This document shows, piece after piece, positions 11,362-19,937 of a stretch of 64,000 nt of DNA. This DNA comes from an uncultured Verrucomicrobiae bacterium (lineage in GTDB: Bacteria; Chlamydiota; Chlamydiia; Chlamydiales; JAFEGQ01): NCBI GenBank assembly GCA_963739345.1, contig CAVUAA010000001.1, positions 10,356-74,355 on the forward strand. The letters run 5' to 3'. A model generated the notes under the pieces. The model saw nothing but the letters and a program-made list of their open reading frames with translations. It was not told where the DNA came from and ran no database searches. Made by a program: the position numbers and the translations under genes. Every line of letters starts with the position of its first letter. Position 1 is the stretch's first letter.

Positions 11362-12621
11362 TCAGGCCGCGTCGAGCGCCTGCTCGCGGCGCCGGCGCCG
11401 GACCGCCGGAGCCGACCACCAGAGCAGGGCGGCGACGAGAGCGACCGGGATGAGCGCGGCGAGCGCGATCAGCGCGACCCCGGCCGCCACGGTCAGCACG
11501 CGCCCGGCGTCGTGCGCAGCCTTGCCGATGCCGAACCCGCCGCTGACCGTGCGAGACGGGCAGCCGGCACGGACCGGGCGTTGATCTCCAGCGAGAGCTG
11601 GCTGAAGCCGACCTGGCGGTCCAGCCGATTCAGCGTCGCCTGGTCGCTCGAGATCGACGCCTCGGCGTCGCGGATCTGCGCCTTCAGGCTGTCGATTTGC
11701 TCGGTCGTCGTGGCGCGGCGAGCTGCTTGAGCAGCGACGTCCGCAGCGCCCGGCGCATCGGCCGAGCGCCCGCTGGGCCGCGCCGTACTGGTCGGTGATG
11801 TCCTGGCTCGAGTCCGTGCGTGAGACCACCTGCGCGCCGTTCAGCGAGGACAGACGGCTCATCGCCTGCCCGAGCGACGCGCTCGGGACGCTGAGCTGGA
11901 AACTCGGCGTACCTGGCCCGATCCGGCCTTGGGTCACGCGTCGAGTTCACGACGATTCCCGTTCACCGCGCCGATCACGTTGTAGACCTGCTCGGCACGT
12001 CGTCGATCCGGTTGGCGCAGCGGCCAGGTTGAGCTGGGCCGCGACTGGACGACCTTGCGGCCGGTGGTCGGCGGCTGCAGCGTCGGCGCCGCGACGACGA
12101 CGCGTCCGGTGCCGACGGCGCGGAACCGCTGCGCGGCGACGCGCTGTCGACGCGCGCTCGACGCGGCGCCGGCGACGTGCCGCCGATCGTCGCCTGGATG
12201 CCGACCGAGCGGCCTGACCCCGAAGCCGCCACCGAGCCGGCGCGACTCGACGACGACGATGACGATGACGATGACGACGAGGACCGACGGCCGCTGCTCG
12301 CCACGAGCACGATCGCCCGACCAGCGCCGCGACGGGCCGCCAGCCCGCCCGTCGCCTGCCAGAACCCGTGAACACCGGCGCCGGCGCCGGCTCGACCGCC
12401 GCCGGCGCCGGCACGTGGGGAACCGCCGCGCCACGCGCTCATCCATCGACCGGGCAAACTCCGGCGGGCATGGCCGGGCGCTCGGCGGACAGAAGCAGCG
12501 CGATCTCGGCCAGATCGGCGTAGCCGGCGTCGACCGGCTCGCCGGCGAGCACGGCGTCGATCGCGTCGAGCGAAGCGGCGATCTCGGGATCGATCGGTTC
12601 GTCGTGGTCAAGCAGTCGCAT
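11362..12621 (-). pseudogene. Anti-sigma-like N-terminus fused to DUF4349-type domain, frameshifted; contains a GAC/GAT triplet run
   Basis: MRLLDHDEPIDPEIAASLDAIDAVLAGEPVDAGYADLAEIALLLSAERPAMP (12439..12621). Distal FQLSVPSASLGQAMSRLSSLNGAQVVSRTDSSQDITDQYGAAQ (11362..11937). The start overlaps the stop of the upstream ECF sigma gene. Confidence 0.5.
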
Positions 12622-13164
12622 TGCAGGCCTTCCTGAGCTTCTCCATCGTGCGGTACAGCAGCGTGCCGGCGTTCGATTCGCTGATCCCGAGCACGCGGGC
12701 CAGCTCGGCGTTGGACAGCCCGGCGTGGAACTTCAGCGCGACGATCTCGCGCTCGCGGGCAGGCAGAGCAGCCAGCGCCGTCTGAACCGCGGTGCGGCGC
12801 AGAGCGACCTCGCCCGCATCTGGATCCGACAGCGATCGGCCTCCGCGGGCTCGGTCACCAGCGCCGCCACCCTCCGACGGCGGCGCAGCTCATCGAGCGC
12901 CGCGTTGCGAGCGATCCCGAACAGCCACGCGCGCTCCTCGCCGCGCCGGCGGTCGAACGTCCGCCGGCGCCGATAGGCGCGCTCGAACGCGAGCGCGGTC
13001 ACGTCCTCGGCCGCGGCCGGATCGCGCAGCAGGGTCATCACGTACGCGTACACGTCGTCGCGGCTCGAGCGGTACAGCGCCTCGAACCGTTCCCACGAGC
13101 CCGGAGCGGACGGCGGCGCGGTCAGCGTCTCGGTCACACCCTCGACTACGCACGAGGGCATCAT
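12604..13164 (-). pseudogene. ECF (sigma-70 family) RNA polymerase sigma factor, one frameshift
   Basis: WERFEALYRSSRDDVYAYVMTLLRDPAAAEDVTALAFERAYRRRRTFDRRRGEERAWLFGIARNAALDELRRRRR (region 2). Region 4 LPAREREIVALKFHAGLSNAELARVLGISESNAGTLLYRTMEKLRKA is in another frame. Confidence 0.75.
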
Positions 13165-13172
13165 CCATCACG

Positions 13173-13890
13173 TCACGAGTTGCTGCAAACAGCCTCGGGT
13201 CGTTGGTGATCACTCCGGTCACGCCAAGCGCCTCGAGCGCGCGCAGTCGAGGCAGCTCGTCGACCGTCCACACGTAGATCTCCCCTCCGGCCCCGAGCAC
13301 GGCCGCACGAGGCGCGGCGTGACCAGCCGCCAGTGCGACCATCAGCGCATCGCAACGCCGCGTCCCGGATCGCCCGCTGCCGCGCGAGCCGGGAGCAGCG
13401 CCGGAACACGTGCAGCGCGACGAACGCCGGCACCCGCGTGGCGCGCGAGCGAAACGGGTCGCGCTTGAGCTTGGGCACCGACCAGCCGAGCCTGACGCCC
13501 GGCTCGGCCGAGCGCAGCAGCGCGAGGCTCTCCTCGTACTGGGTCGAGATCAGGGCTCGGTCGAGCAACCCGTGCTCCCGCAGGGCTTCGAGCACCCGCA
13601 ACTCGTATCCGGGCAGCTTGAGGTCGACGTCGAGGTCGACCCGGCGAACGGCTCGGAGGCGAGGTAGGCCAGCGCCTCCTCCAGCGTGTGCGGCGTCGCG
13701 GGGCGCAGCGTCGACCCAGTCGTGGGCCAGGATCAAGCCCATCGCCGTACTCCTCCCGCAGCACATCGAACTCGATCATGTCGACGCCCGCCGCCACCGC
13801 CGCGTCGAAGCTCGCGAACGTGTTGCCCGGGGCGATCAGGTCGGCGCCCTTGTGCCCGACGCGCCGCAGACCGAGCGCTGCTCACTTCTG
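13173..13890 (-). pseudogene. Glycerophosphodiester phosphodiesterase family protein, frameshifted
   Basis: GVDMIEFDVLREEYGDG, LILAHDW, DLKLPGYELRVLEALREHGLLDRALISTQYEESL, and EIYVWTVDELPRLRALEALGVTGVITNDPRLF, in three frames. Confidence 0.6.
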
Positions 13891-14659
13891 ACATCCGGGG
13901 CACCAGTACGTCGTGCGGTTGGCGTCGCCCTGTCCCCGGGCCGCGATCCTCGTGCCGCACCGCGGGCACGGACGGCCTGCGAATCCGTACACCGCGGCTG
14001 GATCGCCCGGTGTCCGACCGTGGCCGAGCGCATCATCCGCGGGCGCATGGCATCGATGATCGCCATCGCCTGGAGATCGGAAACATCGGCCACGTGACCG
14101 CCACGGGTCGATCGCGGCCTCCCAGCACCCCTCGGCCTTCCAGATGTTCCCGATTCCCGCGACGTTGCGCTGATCGAGCAGGGCATCGCCGAGATGACGC
14201 GTCTGATCGTCCGCCTCGCAGCCGCGCGAGGAACCGCTCCGGTCGAACTCGCGCGCCAGCACGTCGGGCCCGAGCGCGGCGAGGCGCTGATCGAACCGTG
14301 TCCGGCCCTCGGTCATCAACTCGAGCAGCGGCCCGTCGAACTCCACCACTTCGTGCCCGCCGCAGCGGAGCACGATCCAGGCGCGCCGGGCCCGAGCGCC
14401 CCACCGGCGTCCGGCCGATAGACGCCCCACACGCCGGTCATCCCGAGGTGCGAGTGCAGGACCAGATCGCCCTCAAAGCGCAGGAACAGATGCTTGCCGT
14501 GGGTGTCGACGCTGCATGACCGCCCTGCCCAGCGAGCCGATCGGGCCAGCGGTCGAGCGCGTGCCGGGGCTGCGGCGTCAGGATCTCATCGGGCACGCGG
14601 CCTTCGAGCACCGGGCGGATGCGAACCGCGGCGTAGGCGATCGTGTCGCCCTCTGGCAT
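13882..14659 (-). pseudogene. Fpg/Nei-family DNA glycosylase, frameshifted
   Basis: N-terminal catalytic MPEGDTIAYAA (14438..14659). LLDQRNVAGIGNIWKAEGCWEAAIDPW and the zinc finger GRPCPRCGTRIAARGQGDANRTTYWCPGCQK (13882..14430). Confidence 0.75.
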
Positions 14660-16235
14660 TACGCGCTGAGGGTAGCCGCCGCGGACCCTGCTGGAAACCG
14701 AGCGCCACGAGCGCCGGCCCGACGGGCGAGGACAGCGCCGGTTCGCCGTCGACCTTCTCGAGCGCGAGCCGCCTGATCGCGCCCGCCCGAACCTCCTCGA
14801 CCAGCGCGCGCCAGCGCCGGCTCGATCCGGGGGTCATCCGACGCAACGAGCGTCTGCAGCCCGCGCCCGCCGCGCTCGACGTACAGCACGGGCTCGCCTC
14901 CGGCCAGCACCACGTACGCGCCCGGGACCCGGGTCGGGCGCGCGGCTCTCGTCGTCCGGGCCGGCCAGGCCAGCGCCGCACCGTACGGCTGCGCAGGATC
15001 GACCGCGGCGAGCACGACCGGCGGGTCCTCGTCTGCCCCGCCCGACCGCAGCCGCTCGACCGCGCCCGGAGGGCGAACTGCGCGCCGCCCAAGCCCTTCG
15101 ACGAAGTACCCGCGCCGCGCCACGCCCAGCGTCTCCAGCTGCGACAGCTCCGGGATATAGAGCCGAGAACCCGCCGGGCACCCCCTCGGCGCGCACCGTC
15201 TCGCGGGTCAGGATCCCGTAGCGCTCGAGCAGCAACTCGGCGATCGCCCGCCGGCGCGCCGACGGATCGGCCGTCGGCGGGAACAGCGACCCGGTCAGCG
15301 ACCAGCGACCCTGGACCTGCGCCGACGCGCCCGCGCCGCGACGCCGGCGACGCGAACCGGCCGGGTCGGGCGGCTCCTCGCAACCGGTCGCGCTGGGCCC
15401 GGGCCAGGGTCAGCCGCGGCGCGCGCAGCGGCGCGAACGCGTCGTTCGTCGCCTCGCCGGCCCAGGCCAGGTCCCACAGCGCCTCCTGCAACTCCTCGGG
15501 GGCCAGGTCGACGTCGACCAGCAGGTCGGTGAAGAAGCACGCGCCGGCGCCGAGCCGCGCGCGCACCGCCTCGTGCGCCGGCGAGTCGAGCGGCGCGCCA
15601 CTGCCTCTGGGCGGGGGCGCCAATCAGATCGCAGATCTTCGCGGAAGTACAGGGCGACCCGGCCGGAATTCCGCCCAGCGCACCGGCGCCGATCCACACG
15701 ATCTCGCCCGCAGCGCACAGCTGATCGATCCACGCCGGCGAATACGCGCCGACGCGTCGCGGGAGGACGTCGCGCTCCCACACCTCGGCCGGCACGGCCA
15801 GCCCCTGGAGCGGCACCAGCACCTCGCGCAGGCGGTCGACCCCGGCGCCGGTCGCCGGATGGCGGTCGACGCCCTGCCAGGCGGGGAGGAAGCGCGCCAG
15901 CGCGCGGTCGTCGACCGGCTCTACCTCCTTGCGCAGAACGGCCAGCGAGGCCCGGCGCAAGCGCCGCAGCACCTCGGGGTCGCACCATTCGCGCGTCGAC
16001 CCGCCAGGTCGCAGCTCACCCCGGACGAGGTCTCCGGATTCGTTCGAGCCCGGCCAGTACCGCGGACACGTCAACGCCATACCGCGCGCGAACATCGTCC
16101 ACGGTGAACGGTCCGTGGGTCGCGGCGTATCGACGCGCCAACCGGGTCAGCGCGTCCGGCACGTCCTCCAGGAACGCCGCCGGCAGGCCGCCGGGCGGTG
16201 CCGCGCCGAGCCCGTCGCGGTGAAGCGGATGCAGA
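14659..16235 (-). pseudogene. C-terminal part of an Lhr-type ATP-dependent helicase; 5'-truncated at the block boundary and frameshifted
   Basis: FLEDVPDALTRLARRYAATHGPFTVDDV (16016..16333), EWCDPEVLRRLRRASLAVLRKEVEPVDDRALARFLPAWQGV (15295..16095), ACFFTDLLVDVDLAPEELQEALWDLAWAGEATNDAFAPLR, YFVEGLG..VLAAVDPAQPYGAALAWP. The stop overlaps the nei start (TAATG). Confidence 0.6.
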
Positions 16236-16588
16236 GCTACTGCAAATATCGGAGTGCGCTCACCGCAGTGCTCGATGGGGAGGTGGTGGGGATCGCCTAC
16301 CTCAACCTCCACCCTTATCGAAAGATCGCGCATCAGGCGCTTTTCACCATCATCGTGGATGAGAAGGTGCGCGGCAAGGGAATTGGACGCGCTTTGTTAG
16401 AGGGGCTTGAGAAGCTAGCACGCGATGGCTTCAAGCTCGAGTCACTCCACTTAGAAGTGTATGAGGGTAATCCCGCCATCCGCCTCTACCGGCGGATGGG
16501 CTATCATGAGTTTGGCTTCCAAGGCCACTGGATCAAAGAAGGACCTGGCGACTACCGGGGCAAAATCTACATGGAGAAGTGGTTCTGA
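16236..16588 (+). CDS. GNAT-family N-acetyltransferase, 5'-truncated at the block boundary
   Basis: ..LDGEVVGIAYLNLHPYRKIAHQALFTIIVDEKVRGKGIGRALLEGLEKLARDGFKLESLHLEVYEGNPAIRLYRRMGYHEFG (acetyl-CoA motif RGKGIG). About 40 N-terminal residues seen in the downstream paralogue are missing. Confidence 0.6.
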
Positions 16589-17085
16589 ACTCCCTAGAGA
16601 TCCGACCAAGTATTACTGAGGATATTCCTCATCTTCAAGCGTGGCTTTCGGAGCCGCGTACAGAGCCTTTCTTTCCGACGGGCGATCCGCCGGAGATTGA
16701 GGATGCGGCGAAGCGATGGATTGAGATGACTATCGAGCAGGGGGCCGGTTTCACCGCCACCCTCGACGGCAAGCCTGCCGGCTTCGGGATGCTTTTCCTT
16801 CAGACTTATGAGAAGCTTGTCCATCAAGCTGTTCAAATCCTCGTCGTCGGCCAGGACCACCGCCGCCAAGGAGTTGGTTCCGCTCTCCTCACCGGCCTGG
16901 AGACGCTTGGCCAAGAAAAGGGTATAGAGCTGATCCACGTCGAAGTGTACGACGATCCGGGGGTGGAGCGATTCTATAAATTCCTTGGGTACCGCGAATA
17001 TGCCCGTCAGCTTGGTTGGTCCAAAGACGCTAAACAAGACCCACCGCTTTACCGCGCCCGCGTCTGCCTCGAAAAATTCATATAA
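16579..17085 (+). CDS. GNAT-family N-acetyltransferase (paralogue of the preceding gene)
   Basis: LEIRPSITEDIPHLQAWL..ILVVGQDHRRQGVGSALLTGLETLGQEKGIELIHVEVYDDPGVERFYKFLGYREY. Confidence 0.8.
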   Translation: MVLNSLEIRPSITEDIPHLQAWLSEPRTEPFFPTGDPPEIEDAAKRWIEMTIEQGAGFTATLDGKPAGFGMLFLQTYEKLVHQAVQILVVGQDHRRQGVGSALLTGLETLGQEKGIELIHVEVYDDPGVERFYKFLGYREYARQLGWSKDAKQDPPLYRARVCLEKFI

Positions 17086-17130
17086 CCTAACCAGTCGTTT
17101 TCTCCACTGATACGACACACCGACTCCTTG

Positions 17131-17186
17131 AGTTGTCATGTTTTCATGTCTGACACGATCGTGTCAGACATGAAAACATGACAACT
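17131..17186. repeat. Perfect 56-bp palindrome (28-bp arms, no spacer)
   Basis: agttgtcatgttttcatgtctgacacga|tcgtgtcagacatgaaaacatgacaact, centred on cgatcg. Lies between the GNAT stop and the SprT-like start. Confidence 0.9.
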
Positions 17187-17221
17187 GGCCAGTGAGTTGC
17201 CACAACTAGCCGGTTTGAGCT

Positions 17222-17923
17222 ATGATGGTACTCATCAATGAGCGGAAAATTGCACGTATGAAATTGTTGAGATCGGCGGGGTTGTTACAGCAAGAGTTGG
17301 AGATTCTCTCGGGCAAGCGGCTCGAGATGAAGATCAATCGGAACCGGGTGTCGCTCCTTCGGAAGACGGAGGTGGGGCGCAAGCGGGTTCGCTTGTCAAT
17401 TCATGAGGCTTTTTTGAGTGCGCCGCTTGAGGTGATCGAGGTGGTGGGCGACTGGATCGGTGGGATCGATACGGATGAGGGCGATATTGTTCTGCGCCAG
17501 TTCATCAACGGGATTGAGCTCAAGCGGCCACCACCTGCACGGCTGCAGACCAAAGGGAGTGTGTACGATCTAGGGGAGATCTATCACAAGCTCAATGGGC
17601 AATATTTCGGTGGGAAGTTAGATCTGAAGTGTACGTGGTATCAGCCCAAAAATCAGAGACGGCGGGCGCGCTCAAGGACTCTTGGGACCTATTGCGATGA
17701 TCGAGAGCTGGTCCGGATCAACACCATTCTCGACAATCCAAAGGTGATCCCTGAGTTTGTTGAGTTTGTCGTCTATCATGAAATGGTCCATCATGTCGTC
17801 CCCGCATATAGAGACAGGGCTGGTCGGCGGATTGTGCACAGCCGCCGCTTTCGAGAGGTGGAGCGGCAGTTTGAGCACTACGAGCTGGCCCACGAATGGG
17901 AAAAGAAAAATGGCTGGTCATAG
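17222..17923 (+). CDS. SprT-like zinc metallopeptidase-domain protein
   Basis: HExxH in EFVVYHEMVHHVVPAYRDRAGRRIVHSRRFREVERQF, preceded by WYQPKNQRRRARSRTLGTYCDDRELVRINTIL (SprT-like layout). Confidence 0.5.
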   Translation: MMVLINERKIARMKLLRSAGLLQQELEILSGKRLEMKINRNRVSLLRKTEVGRKRVRLSIHEAFLSAPLEVIEVVGDWIGGIDTDEGDIVLRQFINGIELKRPPPARLQTKGSVYDLGEIYHKLNGQYFGGKLDLKCTWYQPKNQRRRARSRTLGTYCDDRELVRINTILDNPKVIPEFVEFVVYHEMVHHVVPAYRDRAGRRIVHSRRFREVERQFEHYELAHEWEKKNGWS

Positions 17924-18629
17924 TAAATGGGCGAACATCAAGCACCGCAAAGAGCGGGCTGATGCGAAGAAGGGAAAGGCGTTCTCACGCGCGGCGAAGG
18001 AGATCATCAGTGCAGTGAAGGCAGGGGGGACCGATCCCGATGCTAATCCGCGACTCCGATTGGCCATTCAGAAAGCGAAGGCGGTCAATTTCCCTAACGA
18101 CAGCATCGATCGAAACATAAAGAAAGCGAGTAGCGCCGATCAGGCCGACTATTTTGAGCTCACCTACGAAGTGTATGGACATGGCGGGGTAGGTCTGCTG
18201 GTTGAAATCCTGACCGACAACAAAAATCGGATTGCGGGCGACATGCGGATCGCCACCAACAAGCGGGGAGGGACGATCGCCAACCCAGGTGCGGTCGCCT
18301 ACCAGTTTGATCGAAAAGGAGTGATCCAAGTTTCAAAAGAGGGGACCACCGAGGATGACCTTTTCCTGCTGGTCACCGAAGCTGGTGCTGAGGAGTTCGA
18401 CGTGGAGGAGGAGCTCTACATCGTGGTTACGCCCCCCGATGAGCTGATGGCGGTCAAAGAGGTGATCGATGGGGCTGGCGTGGAGGTACTAGAGGCTGAG
18501 CTCCGGATGATTCCGAAGATGCTCGTTGCGGTTGACGAAGAAACTGCCGATGCCAATCAGTCGCTCATCGATTGGCTAGAAGAGCTCGACGACGTCGATG
18601 CTGTCTACCACAACATGGATATAGATTAG
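17910..18629 (+). CDS. YebC/PmpR-family transcriptional regulator
   Basis: MAGHSKWANIKHRKERADAKKGKAFSRAAKEIISAVKAGGTDPDANPRLRLAIQKAK.. Overlaps the preceding stop by 14 nt. Confidence 0.9.
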   Translation: MAGHSKWANIKHRKERADAKKGKAFSRAAKEIISAVKAGGTDPDANPRLRLAIQKAKAVNFPNDSIDRNIKKASSADQADYFELTYEVYGHGGVGLLVEILTDNKNRIAGDMRIATNKRGGTIANPGAVAYQFDRKGVIQVSKEGTTEDDLFLLVTEAGAEEFDVEEELYIVVTPPDELMAVKEVIDGAGVEVLEAELRMIPKMLVAVDEETADANQSLIDWLEELDDVDAVYHNMDID

Positions 18630-19270
18630 TCGTCTTCCTGACGCACTCGTTGCAGCTTGCACTGCCCACCAAATTGGCGGATGCGGATCAGCGCCGTGAG
18701 AGTGACCAATCCGATGAAAGCGGTGGCGAGGGGAGCGAAGATAGAGGGCAGCAAGATCATTCCCAAAAAGAAGAGAAATGCCTCTGACCGCTCGATGAGA
18801 CCAGGGCTGTAGTGGAAGCTATCTGCTGAGTCATTTTCGCTGAAGATGCCCACCACGAGAAATGAGCTGATGCAGAGGAGGATGCTGGTGAGCATCAGTA
18901 GACAGAAGAGGGCGCGATCGGGAGCGACGAGGAAGAGGCCAATCACCACAGCCGATTCGACCACCCGATCAGCGCAAATGTCGAGGACGGTGCCCCAAGG
19001 AGAGCTCTCTCGTCTGAGTCTTGCGATGGTTCCATCAAGGATGTCGAGGTAGCCAGAGAGGATGAGGGCAGAGGCTGCGGCAATCGGAAGGCCAAAGGCG
19101 AGGAGGGGGATGACCGCAATGCCCAGTAGGCAGCTGATGGAGGTGACGATGTTGGCCGGCACGCGGACCAGCTTTCTGGCGATGGGATCGATCAGCAGTT
19201 TCTGAAAGGGGGAGCGGAAGTAAGAATCAATCATGCTTGTTTTTCCTGTTTCGGATCCGGCGGATCGCAA
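18626..19270 (-). CDS. CDP-alcohol phosphatidyltransferase family protein (alternative start 19234)
   Basis: Motif DILDGTIARLRRESSPWGTVLDICADRV (DG..AR..G...D...D), multiple TM segments. Confidence 0.8.
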   Translation of the reverse strand: MRSAGSETGKTSMIDSYFRSPFQKLLIDPIARKLVRVPANIVTSISCLLGIAVIPLLAFGLPIAAASALILSGYLDILDGTIARLRRESSPWGTVLDICADRVVESAVVIGLFLVAPDRALFCLLMLTSILLCISSFLVVGIFSENDSADSFHYSPGLIERSEAFLFFLGMILLPSIFAPLATAFIGLVTLTALIRIRQFGGQCKLQRVRQEDD

Positions 19271-19937
19271 TGGGGAGGAGGGCGACGAGGGCGAGGGCGA
19301 TGAGGGCGATTCTCATATCGGTGTTGAGGATCCCTTCAATGGTAAATCCTTCATCCGAGTCAAGGATGGCGCCAAGGCCTGTTCCCGCCTGCGCGAGGAC
19401 GAAGCTTCCTGGAATGATGCCGATGAAGGTGGTCCAGATGTAGGTCCAGAGCGCCACGCCAAAGAAGGCGGGGGCGATGTTGATCAGCCAGAAGGGGAAG
19501 AGAGGTGCTAGACGGAGGAAGAGCATGTAGCTCACCTGGTCTTTCTGAAAACCGCGCTCCATCTTCTTCAGGTGGGGACCCGCGCGCGCGCGCAGCACAT
19601 CTCCAAGAGCTGTCTTGGCCACCAAAAAGATGATCACCGCTCCCACTGTCGCCCCCAATACGACGTAGATCGTACTTCCAGGCTGCCCAAAGAGAAATCC
19701 GGCAACCAACGTGAGATAGGTCCCTCCGGGGATACTGAGCGCGGTCGAGACGAGATAGATTCCCATGAAAGCGAGGGGTGCAACGATGTAGCGATCGTCG
19801 ATCCAGCCCACAATCGCTTGCCGATGCTTTTGCAGCACCTCAAAGCTAAGGTAGTCGGTGAGATCGAAGATGTAGGCGACCACCATCAGGGCAACAATCA
19901 CCAGAAGGGGAATTAGTCGCCACAGCCATCTACGCAT
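19227..19937 (-). CDS. TVP38/TMEM64 (DedA-related) family membrane protein
   Basis: YLTLVAGFLFGQPGSTIYVVLGATVGAVIIFLVAKT..MLFLRLAPLFPFWLINIAPAFF. 8-nt overlaps with both neighbours. Confidence 0.75.
   Translation of the reverse strand: MRRWLWRLIPLLVIVALMVVAYIFDLTDYLSFEVLQKHRQAIVGWIDDRYIVAPLAFMGIYLVSTALSIPGGTYLTLVAGFLFGQPGSTIYVVLGATVGAVIIFLVAKTALGDVLRARAGPHLKKMERGFQKDQVSYMLFLRLAPLFPFWLINIAPAFFGVALWTYIWTTFIGIIPGSFVLAQAGTGLGAILDSDEGFTIEGILNTDMRIALIALALVALLPIAIRRIRNRKNKHD

Noticed and set aside
12177-12371. Poly-Asp ORF (DDDDDDDDDDED) as a real acidic protein
   Set aside because: It is antisense to the anti-sigma/DUF4349 gene and is created by the GAC/GAT triplet run.
1-16235. The GC-rich 16 kb as a horizontally acquired genomic island in the chlamydia-like genome
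   Set aside because: It consists of two unrelated gene sets joined to each other and to block 3 at points that truncate genes on both sides. No integrase, IS end, tRNA/tmRNA att site or direct repeats are present, and its error profile is very different. Concatenation or a chimera explains this more simply.
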